A stretch of 32,000 nucleotides of DNA from NCBI RefSeq assembly GCF_001457595.1, contig NZ_LN831039.1, positions 4,170,001-4,202,000 on the forward strand. The letters are read 5' to 3'. The notes below the pieces were generated by a model. The model searched no databases and was not told the DNA's origin. It saw nothing but the letters and a program-made list of their open reading frames with translations. Source of the stretch: Mycolicibacterium smegmatis. Its GTDB lineage: Bacteria > Actinomycetota > Actinomycetes > Mycobacteriales > Mycobacteriaceae. The position numbers and the translations under genes were made by a program. Positions 8,342 through 15,479 of this stretch are shown here, in pieces (position 1 is the stretch's first letter; every line of letters begins with the position of its first letter).

Positions 8342-9316
8342 ATGCGCGCGATTGTGCTCACCGGCTTCGGCGGCCTGGACAAACTCGTCTACACGGAGAT
8401 CCCCAAGCCCCGGCCCAAACACGGCGAAGTCGTCATCGCCGTCAAGGCATTCGGCCTCAACCACGCCGAGATGCACATGCGGCGAGGTGAATGGGCCGAA
8501 GCCGCAGAAGTCAGCGGCATCGAGTGCGTCGGTGTGGTCGACTCATGCCCCGACGGAACGTTCGACGTGGGAGATCGGGTGGCTGCGCTGATGGGCGGCC
8601 TGGGCCGAACGATCAACGGCAGTTACGCCGAATACACCAGGGTCCGCACCGCCAACGTCGCACGAATCGATGTCGACCTGCCGTGGTCGCAGCTCGCAGC
8701 GCTGCCCGAAACCTACGCCACAGCCTGGACGTGCTTGTTCCGCAGCCTCGAGCTCGAACCCGGCCAGCTGCTGCTGATTCGCGGCGCCACCTCCTCCTTC
8801 GGACAGGCGGCGCTGAAGATGGCGGTCAACGCCGGAGCGCGGGTCATCGCCACCACCCGCAAGCCCGAGCAATTCACCACACTCACCGCGATGGGTGCGC
8901 TGCGCGGCGAACTGGAAGGCCCCGACTTGGCCCGCCGCCTACCGGAGGCCAAATCCGTTGACGCCGTGCTGGATCTGGTGGGCAACAGCACCATCCTGGA
9001 CTCACTCGACCTGCTTCACCGCGGCGGCCGGGCCTGCCTTGCCGGCTGGCTCGGCGGACTGGCGCCCATCCCGGACTTCAACCCCTTGGCCCGAATGGCC
9101 AGCGGCGTGTACTTGACCTTCTTCGGGAGCTTCGTGTTCGGCACACCAGGATTCCCACTTGCTGATGTGCCTCTCAGTGACATCGCGGCACAGGTGCAGG
9201 CCGGCGAGTTCGATGCCTCGCCTGTACGCGTCTTCTCGTTCGACGACATACGCGAGGCACACCAGGTCATGGAATCCGGCCATGCAAACGGCAAGATGGT
9301 CGTCACCTTGGACTGA
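8342..9316 (+). CDS. zinc-binding alcohol dehydrogenase family / NADPH:quinone oxidoreductase-like protein
   Basis: Track ORF 8252..9316. I prefer the ATG at 8342 because MRAIVLTGFGGLDKLVYTEIPKPRPKHGEVVIAVKAFGLNHAEMHMRRGEW is a typical family N-terminus. Also LLIRGATSSFGQAALKMA. 8252 is an alternative start. Confidence 0.85.
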   Translation: MRAIVLTGFGGLDKLVYTEIPKPRPKHGEVVIAVKAFGLNHAEMHMRRGEWAEAAEVSGIECVGVVDSCPDGTFDVGDRVAALMGGLGRTINGSYAEYTRVRTANVARIDVDLPWSQLAALPETYATAWTCLFRSLELEPGQLLLIRGATSSFGQAALKMAVNAGARVIATTRKPEQFTTLTAMGALRGELEGPDLARRLPEAKSVDAVLDLVGNSTILDSLDLLHRGGRACLAGWLGGLAPIPDFNPLARMASGVYLTFFGSFVFGTPGFPLADVPLSDIAAQVQAGEFDASPVRVFSFDDIREAHQVMESGHANGKMVVTLD

Positions 9317-9358
9317 GTTTGTTTCCCATCTGCCCATCTGGCGAGATCAGCGGGTCCG

Positions 9359-9580
9359 TCAGCGGCTCTGGTGAACCTCGGTGCTGACGTGTGGAACGTA
9401 CACATGCGGTTGGATCGGGTAGATCCAGATCCAGCCGCGGTGGCGGTCAGCCGAAATGGTGACCGATGAGATCCCGGCGGGGGTTTGGCCGGAAGTGGCG
9501 CCCGCAGCGGGAGCGGCCAACCCCACCACCGCACCGACGACGCCACCGGCAATCATGGTGGCTACTCCGATTTTCTTCAT
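9359..9580 (-). CDS. small secreted/exported hypothetical protein (73 aa)
   Basis: Internal ATG of track ORF 9359..9697, preceded by GAAGGAAG. Signal-peptide-like N-terminus MKKIGVATMIAGGVVGAVVGLAAPAAGA. Confidence 0.55.
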   Translation of the reverse strand: MKKIGVATMIAGGVVGAVVGLAAPAAGATSGQTPAGISSVTISADRHRGWIWIYPIQPHVYVPHVSTEVHQSR

Positions 9581-9805
9581 CGGGATCACTTCCTTCAAGG
9601 GCAAAAGTCGGACGCTACCGGCCCGTGGTGAAAACTGTTCGCGCCGGTCTGTCAGCTGGAACCATGCCGCGCGGGCCATAATTTCAGCTGGCGGCAATTG
9701 ATCGTTTGATGGCAGAAGTGGGCCGCCCTTCGGCCGGCACTCCTTGGTCTCACCTCGACGCGGCCGCGGTCGTATGGCGCGGCGAAGTGTGAAGCGACGG
9801 TCCGG

Positions 9806-10417
9806 TCAGCGATTGTGCTGCCGTTGGGCGTGGCGCGCGACGCGCGCACGGTTGCCGCACAGCGCCGAACACCATTCGCGGCGATGTTCTTTTATGAAGA
9901 AATAGGCACATGCGGGTGCCTCGCATGCGCGCAGCATCTCCCAGCGAGGACTGGTGGCCAGTTCGATGGCTTGCCTGGCGATCACGGTGATCACCGCCTC
10001 GGCGAACGCGTCCCCCGACCAGGCGTCCTGCCGGGCGAGCCCCCGGCGACGTTGAAACCGCAATTCAGGCCATACGGTTTCGGCCGCGGAAGCCGCATTG
10101 ATCAGCGACACCGCGGTGGCCACGTCGGGCACCGGAGACGCCACCAAATCCCGACTGTCCCCGGTGGCCTCTGCGGCCAGACGCCGAAACGCATCACGCA
10201 CCTCGATCAGACGTCCGACCGCCTCGAGACGCAACCCGTCGGTCGAACCTGGCGCGGGACGTACATCCAGCCGCTTACCGACCGCGCGTATCCATGCCTG
10301 GACATAATCCTTATCGGCAAGCGCATCGTGCACACCGTGCCGATCGATCCAAAGTGTGTTGGCCAGCGCGAGCGGGGCGGGTTCGTCCACGCGCGGCGCA
10401 GGCGCGGCCACTGTCAT
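9806..10417 (-). CDS. CGNR zinc-finger (ABATE-domain) putative transcriptional regulator
   Basis: C-terminal CEAPACAYFFIKEHRREWCSALCGNRARVARHAQRQ contains the eponymous C..C...C..CGNR pattern. 203 aa. Confidence 0.85.
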   Translation of the reverse strand: MTVAAPAPRVDEPAPLALANTLWIDRHGVHDALADKDYVQAWIRAVGKRLDVRPAPGSTDGLRLEAVGRLIEVRDAFRRLAAEATGDSRDLVASPVPDVATAVSLINAASAAETVWPELRFQRRRGLARQDAWSGDAFAEAVITVIARQAIELATSPRWEMLRACEAPACAYFFIKEHRREWCSALCGNRARVARHAQRQHNR

Positions 10418-10462
10418 GAGACCTTCGCCTCATCGACTCGTACCGTGTCACCCATACATCGA

Positions 10463-10495
10463 TACTAATGGTTACACCCCGTACCCGCCATTAGC
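10463..10495. promoter_or_regulatory. TACTAATGGTTAC ... CCATTAGC palindrome (CTAATGG-N16-CCATTAG), copy 2
   Basis: Read directly, about 50 bp upstream of the CGNR regulator start. The 13-mer TACTAATGGTTAC is identical to the one at 10746-10758. Confidence 0.4.
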
Positions 10496-10745
10496 AGGTT
10501 GCACCAGTGGACGCTGGCATCCCCGTCGCCCATGGTGCGGCGTGCGACTCGGGGCGTACGCGCACCGCAGCGCTGCACAGTCTTTCCCAGGGTCGAACGT
10601 CCGACCGGCGTCCGCGCCGATCACCGCGCAACGGCAGCAGATTCACCCTTGCTCCCGCAGTCGACAGTTCACCCCGCCTTCTGGGTTGGGCAGCCCATCA
10701 GGTTGCAAAACGGTGACAACATGACCGCCTCCTTGCGGACTATTT

Positions 10746-10777
10746 TACTAATGGTTACTGTTTCAGTATCCGTTAGC
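10746..10777. promoter_or_regulatory. TACTAATGGTTAC ... CCGTTAGC palindrome (CTAATGG-N15-CCGTTAG), copy 3
   Basis: Read directly, about 50 bp upstream of the DUF417 gene start at 10825. Confidence 0.4.
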
Positions 10778-10824
10778 ATGGCGTTGAAAGCTCGTCAGCG
10801 CACCAACTCCCGTTAGGACACACC

Positions 10825-11322
10825 ATGACAATGTCCGCCTCCAAAGTCATCGAACGCGCACTGCCACTGTCGGCATCGGACAAGATCGGGGCGATCCTGG
10901 GCCGCTACGGCCTGGTCATCGTCATCGGCTGGATCGGAGCTCTGAAGTTCGCAGACTTCGAAGCCCACCAAATCCAGCCGCTGGTGGCCAACAGCCCTTT
11001 CATGGGCTGGCTGTACAACTTCCTGCCGGTGTACACATTCTCCGCACTACTCGGGGTGTTCGAAGTGACCGCGGCGGTGCTGCTGGCCATCAAACCGATC
11101 GCACCGCGACTGTCCATCTACGGCAGCCTCATGGCGATCGTGCTGTTCGTCTTCACCGTCAGCTTCCTGTTCAGCACCCCCGGGGTCAGCGAACCCGCCG
11201 GCGGAGGCTTCCCCGCCATCTCCCTGACCGCCGAGTTCCTGCTCAAAGACATTCCGCTGCTGGGCCTGTCGTTCTGGACACTGTCTGACGCCCTACGCGC
11301 CAGCCAACAACGTCGTGGGTAG
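10825..11322 (+). CDS. DUF417 (YkgB/RclC-like) integral membrane protein
   Basis: 165 aa with four hydrophobic segments. GLVIVIGWIGALKFADFEAHQIQPLVANSPFMGWLY is typical of the DUF417 family as I recall it. Confidence 0.75.
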   Translation: MTMSASKVIERALPLSASDKIGAILGRYGLVIVIGWIGALKFADFEAHQIQPLVANSPFMGWLYNFLPVYTFSALLGVFEVTAAVLLAIKPIAPRLSIYGSLMAIVLFVFTVSFLFSTPGVSEPAGGGFPAISLTAEFLLKDIPLLGLSFWTLSDALRASQQRRG

Positions 11323-11350
11323 GCAGCATTTAGCTGCAGACCAAGACCGG

Positions 11351-11375
11351 CCGACGTCTTCCCCGCTCACGTCGG
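11351..11375 (+). terminator. hairpin CCGACGT-N11-ACGTCGG about 30 nt after the DUF417 stop
   Basis: Inverted repeat read directly. No U-tract, which is common in actinobacteria. Confidence 0.3.
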
Positions 11376-11520
11376 TCACCATCAGCCTCGACACCGAGAC
11401 TGACACCTTGGTCCGCCACCGGGACGCGGCGGGGCCGACGACCCCGGCCCCGCCAAGTTCCCACCCCAGCGCACCGCCGACCGTCGGCCGTGCAACAACA
11501 CCGAAAGATAGGACAAGACA

Positions 11521-11724
11521 ATGAAACTCCGATATCTCGCCCTTGCCGGTGCGGTCACCGCGACAGCAATCAGCTTCGCACCCCTTGCCGCTGCAGACAT
11601 CGTCGTGCAGCAGAATCCCGGCAACGCACAGATCGTCGCCACCCCCGGCGCCACCGCGCGCCACGCCGGCCAACTCCAACTCCCCTTCGGCGGAGCGATG
11701 AACGCCTTGATATTCCACAACTGA
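11521..11724 (+). CDS. small secreted hypothetical protein (67 aa)
   Basis: ATG preceded by GAAAGATAGGA. Signal peptide MKLRYLALAGAVTATAISFAPLAAA/D. GC-rich third positions. Followed by a strong hairpin. Confidence 0.55.
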   Translation: MKLRYLALAGAVTATAISFAPLAAADIVVQQNPGNAQIVATPGATARHAGQLQLPFGGAMNALIFHN

Positions 11725-11744
11725 CAGTCAGCCTTGTGCGGCAC

Positions 11745-11772
11745 GGCGGCCGTCATGCACAGGTCGGCCGCC
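11745..11772. terminator. hairpin GGCGGCCG-N12-CGGCCGCC between convergent genes
   Basis: 8-bp GC stem read directly, 20 nt after the stop at 11724. Confidence 0.4.
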
Positions 11773-11939
11773 TGCCGGACGCGGCCTCGACCAAGCATTA
11801 CTTGCCTGCGACTCTCGCGATCCCCCGCCACGTTACCAAAGGTCGCCTAATTTCCCTGGTACACAATGGTTTACCGCGAACAATGACCGACAGATTGGAT
11901 ATGCCAAGCGCCCGGCGCAGGAAAATTCAGCCCGCCGGT

Positions 11940-12884
11940 TCACGAGAAGTCGAGGACGATGCGCCCGCGCAGACCGCCGGCCTCGAGCATGCGGTGTGCC
12001 TTCGGGGCCTGCTCGGCGGGCAGTACGTCGGCCACGCGAAGTGTCAGCACGCCCATCTCAGCCTGACGGCTCAACGTCGTGAGCCCCTCGGTATCGGTGA
12101 TGCGATCAGGCACCATCACCGGAACCACCCGGACACCACGCTCCCCCGGCCCCTCCCACCCGCGCAACTCGACCAGCATGCCACCATCAGCGACCGCACC
12201 GAGCACCTCACCCTGCTGATCAGAGCCATCAACCAGGCCCGGCACCCCACCCGGAACCAACCCACGGATCCGCGCCGCGACCTCGGCACCACGCTCGACA
12301 ACGTGATCAGCGCCGAAACCGCGGACCAGCTCCACATCACGCTCGACCGCATCGGCAATCACCCGCAACCCATCAGCCTTCGCCAACTCGACCGCAAAGC
12401 CACCGACCGCACCCGCCGCACCAGTCACCGCCACCGTCTCCCCCGCACGCAGCCCCAGCGTATCCAGCGCCAGACGCGCGGTCATCGCATTCATCAGCAG
12501 AGTCGACGCCGCAGCGAAATCAGCGTTCGCCGGCGCGGGCACCACCGAGGCCGCGGGCACCACAACCTGCTCGGCATACGCCCCACCATGTTCACCGACG
12601 AACATCACCATCGCGATCACCCGCTGCCCCACATGAAGGCGACCATCACAGCCCGGCCCGATCTGATCGATGACACCCGCAGCGTCCATCCCGGGCACAA
12701 ACGGCGGACGCCGGCCCGCCATACGCACAGCATGACCACCGGTCCGCAACAAGACATCGGTCGGACTCACCGCCGCGGCATACACCCGGATACGCACCTC
12801 CCCCGGGCCCGCCTGCGGCTCAGGCAAGTCGATCACCTCAAGTGCGTCCGGACCACCGAATTCATATACACCAACAGCTTTCAC
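11940..12884 (-). CDS. NADPH:quinone oxidoreductase / zinc-binding dehydrogenase family protein
   Basis: C-terminal 315 codons of track ORF 11940..13256. (V)KAVGVYEFGGPDALEVIDLPEPQAGPGEVRIRVYAAAVSPTD... and TVAVTGAAGAVGGFAVELAK. The upstream part of the track ORF is not protein-like. Start is GTG 12884, or ATG at 12914/12917. Confidence 0.85.
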   Translation of the reverse strand: MKAVGVYEFGGPDALEVIDLPEPQAGPGEVRIRVYAAAVSPTDVLLRTGGHAVRMAGRRPPFVPGMDAAGVIDQIGPGCDGRLHVGQRVIAMVMFVGEHGGAYAEQVVVPAASVVPAPANADFAAASTLLMNAMTARLALDTLGLRAGETVAVTGAAGAVGGFAVELAKADGLRVIADAVERDVELVRGFGADHVVERGAEVAARIRGLVPGGVPGLVDGSDQQGEVLGAVADGGMLVELRGWEGPGERGVRVVPVMVPDRITDTEGLTTLSRQAEMGVLTLRVADVLPAEQAPKAHRMLEAGGLRGRIVLDFS

Positions 12885-13037
12885 GCCTTTGAACAACCCG
12901 ACGCATCGGCCCATCATTCCTCGCAAACTCACGCAGATCACCGACGCCGACAATCGCAACGGCAGTGCACAGAAGCACGGACGTGAACCGCACTGACTGC
13001 TCGGGTTCGCAGATCGGCGACTGCGACGTGTTTCACT

Positions 13038-13691
13038 GTGGCGATGGAACCAGAGTGCTCCGACGAAGTTACCGGGCGAACCCGCAGGCGGGTTGCTCGC
13101 GAGGGACCGACCCGGCGGGCGCTCAAACGCGCAGAGCGGCACGACCGCGTCTATGAAGCGGCGATTGCGCTGTTCGTCGACCGCGGATTCGAGACCACCT
13201 CGATGGACGATATCGCCGAACGGTCTGGACTGTCGCGCAGCACCGTCTTCACGCACTTCCCCCGCAAGACGCTGATCCTGGAGGAGTGGATGCGGCGACG
13301 ACGGGACGAGGCCCGGAGATCGGCACGAGTCGACGGCGTGGCGGGTCGGCCACTTCGAGACGTGCTCGGCGCCTACCTCGACACCCTAGCCGCCTCGAAT
13401 TCCGCTGCTCGCGAGGAGATGTGCGCGCTGGTCCCGCCTGCCCTCCTGCACACGACGATGCTGGTCGACCATCCGATCGGGCTGGACTTCGCCGCTCTCA
13501 TCGTGGAAAGCGAAGCGGCACTTAAACCAAGCGTGCAACCGGAACAGGTCGGACGGCTGCTGGCGGCGGGCTATGTCTCCGCGATGTCGCAGTGGATCCA
13601 GGAGGAGCCGCCGACGTCCGATCTCGGCGCCGAACTGCGCGCGCTGCTTGACCTCGTGCTCTCGGGCGCTCAACGGGACATATCCGAATAG
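13038..13691 (+). CDS. TetR/AcrR-family transcriptional regulator
   Basis: HTH: RVYEAAIALFVDRGFETTSMDDIAERSGLSRSTVFTHFPRK. Divergent from the quinone oxidoreductase gene. Start uncertain (GTG 13038 or ATG 13044). Confidence 0.85.
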   Translation: MAMEPECSDEVTGRTRRRVAREGPTRRALKRAERHDRVYEAAIALFVDRGFETTSMDDIAERSGLSRSTVFTHFPRKTLILEEWMRRRRDEARRSARVDGVAGRPLRDVLGAYLDTLAASNSAAREEMCALVPPALLHTTMLVDHPIGLDFAALIVESEAALKPSVQPEQVGRLLAAGYVSAMSQWIQEEPPTSDLGAELRALLDLVLSGAQRDISE

Positions 13692-13768
13692 TGCTCCCAC
13701 CTGGCGTTGTGCCAGGAATCCGGACTCAAGTCTTGTTTCGTTGCACATCTGCTCGTAGGGTTTCACCG

Positions 13769-14602
13769 GTGACCACACTTATCACCGGAGCAACCGGCGG
13801 AATCGGCGCGAGCCTTGTTCGACGATTGGCGTCAGCCGGCCACGCCGTACGGGCAGGTAGTCGCGATCCCCGCAAGGCAGCGGGATTAGGCGCCGAGGTC
13901 GTCGAGCTCGATCTCACAGCGCCGGAGACCTTCGACGAAGCTTTGACCGACATCGACCGCATCTTCCTCTACGCGGAGCCTGCCGCCATCAAGGACTTCG
14001 TTGACTGCGCAGAACGTGCAGGTGTCCGGCGGGTCGTCCTGCTCTCCTCGGACTCGGTCGAAATGGACGACGCGGAACACAATGCGCTGGCACGACATCA
14101 TGCCGATGTCGAAACAGCCCTCGGCGAAGCGTCTTTCAGCACCACGGTGCTGCGACCGGGAACATTTGCCACCATGACTCTCGACTGGGCATCCTTCATC
14201 CGAGCCGGAGTTCCGGTCGAGCAGCCCTTCTGGAACGCCTACCTCGATGTCATCCATCCCGAGGACATCGCCGATGCAGCCGAGCGCGCGCTCATCGACG
14301 ACGACCTGGAGGGGCTCGTCCTCCCCCTCGGCGGTCCCGAGGTGCTCAGCTTTCATCAGCAACGCGACACCCTGGCAAGCTTGCTCGAACGAGAACTGCT
14401 GTGGCATGAGCCCAGCAGAGAACAAGCTGTGCAACACCTTTCGCGACACGCTCCGCTGCCTTTGATCGACGCCATTCTCGACTACTGGTCACAGCAGCCG
14501 CGGCACCACCGTGAGGCGCGGCGGTCCGTCGAGCGCATCACCGGACGGCCCGGACGCACATTCCGGCAGTGGGCGGGCGAGCGGCTCGACGCGTTCCGCT
14601 GA
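13769..14602 (+). CDS. NAD(P)H-binding NmrA-like / atypical SDR protein
   Basis: Start trimmed to the GTG at 13769: VTTLITGATGGIGASLVRRLASAGHAVRAGSRDP (Rossmann GxxGxxG at the extreme N-terminus). Remainder of track ORF 13691..14602. Confidence 0.8.
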   Translation: MTTLITGATGGIGASLVRRLASAGHAVRAGSRDPRKAAGLGAEVVELDLTAPETFDEALTDIDRIFLYAEPAAIKDFVDCAERAGVRRVVLLSSDSVEMDDAEHNALARHHADVETALGEASFSTTVLRPGTFATMTLDWASFIRAGVPVEQPFWNAYLDVIHPEDIADAAERALIDDDLEGLVLPLGGPEVLSFHQQRDTLASLLERELLWHEPSREQAVQHLSRHAPLPLIDAILDYWSQQPRHHREARRSVERITGRPGRTFRQWAGERLDAFR

Positions 14603-14620
14603 TCACCCGGGGAAGGGTGA
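14603..14620. terminator. hairpin TCACCC-N6-GGGTGA immediately after the NmrA-like stop
   Basis: Read directly. Lies between convergent genes. Confidence 0.3.
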
Positions 14621-14655
14621 CCTCGTCAGACCACTACGCCGACAGCCCACAACCT

Positions 14656-14669
14656 CGCAACGCGTTGCG
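14656..14669. terminator. perfect 14-bp palindrome CGCAACGCGTTGCG just downstream of the lyase-like gene stop
   Basis: Read directly. Could serve as a bidirectional terminator stem in the convergent gap. Confidence 0.3.
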
Positions 14670-14674
14670 CGAAC

Positions 14675-15436
14675 TCATCGTTTGCGCGAGGAGCGCCCCA
14701 CGTACTGCACTCGCTCCTCCGCCAGATGCCACAACGCAGTGCCGATCGGATTGCGTGCTTCCTCGACGAGGTGTCCCACGATCCCCGCCGCTCTGGATAC
14801 CGCAGCCACCCCCCGCAGGGAGGTCATCGGGATGCCGAGATCCGTCAGGATGGCACCGCATGCACCCCCGGCGTTGAGCGGCAACGGAACTCCGGAGCGC
14901 GACTGGGCGTACTTCTCTACATGGAGTGCCAGCCTGAAGTGCACCCCCACCGTGTTGTGTTCGTGGGCGATGCGATACAGGGCCTTCGTTCGTGGGTCGC
15001 CGGATTTGTGCACCGGATGACCAAAACCCGGGATCCTCCAGTCATGTCGGCGGTAGCGTTCGGCCGCTGTTCGGGCGGTGGCGTCGAGCTCGGAGTCGTC
15101 GGCATCGGTGGGTGCGTTCAAGCCCACCAGGAATCGAGCTGAATCTTCGAACACTCCAAGGAAGGTCGAGCCTGCCCCGAGAACTCCTGCGGCGACAGCC
15201 CCCTGGACCGCCTCTGGTGCTCCGGTGTAGGTCAGGCGCGCCGCGAGGACGCTGGGAGTCATTCCGTGGTCGGCCAGCGCGACAAGCACCGCGTTGAAGA
15301 GTGCCGCCTCGGCATCAGACGGCAATCTACCGGCGAGAAGGACAAAGAACATCGAGCCGAAATCGACCTTCCCCATGAGTTCACCCGCCAGGTCATATCC
15401 CTGCACATCGATGTGGTCGTGGGTCGAAGACCCCAT
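14675..15436 (-). CDS. short citrate-synthase-fold protein (citryl-CoA lyase-type)
   Basis: HIDVQGYDLAGELMGKVDFGSMFFVLLAGRLPS..., GFGHPVHKSGDPR (citrate-synthase His motif), AVSRAAGIVGHLVEE. Only 254 aa from ATG 15436. An alternative GTG at 15490 gives 272 aa and overlaps the ligase 3' end by 11 nt. Confidence 0.8.
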   Translation of the reverse strand: MGSSTHDHIDVQGYDLAGELMGKVDFGSMFFVLLAGRLPSDAEAALFNAVLVALADHGMTPSVLAARLTYTGAPEAVQGAVAAGVLGAGSTFLGVFEDSARFLVGLNAPTDADDSELDATARTAAERYRRHDWRIPGFGHPVHKSGDPRTKALYRIAHEHNTVGVHFRLALHVEKYAQSRSGVPLPLNAGGACGAILTDLGIPMTSLRGVAAVSRAAGIVGHLVEEARNPIGTALWHLAEERVQYVGRSSRKR

Positions 15437-15479
15437 CGACGAGACAAAAGGCTTGGCTGCGTATATCGAGTCGTACGAG

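Noticed and set aside
11490-12986. 498-aa plus-strand ORF
   Set aside because: It is antisense to the quinone oxidoreductase gene. Its extreme His/Arg/Pro/Thr bias marks it as a shadow ORF.
12932-13021. Direct repeat CGCAGATC(A/G)(C/G)CGAC at 12932 and 13008 in the QOR/TetR divergent region
   Set aside because: It is a possible TetR operator, but the repeats are GC-rich, imperfect and not palindromic. The support is too weak to call.
12885-13256. N-terminal extension of the oxidoreductase ORF to 438 aa
   Set aside because: The extension would run through the divergent TetR gene start and has no dehydrogenase similarity. The family N-terminus (KAVGVYEFGGP) begins at 12884.
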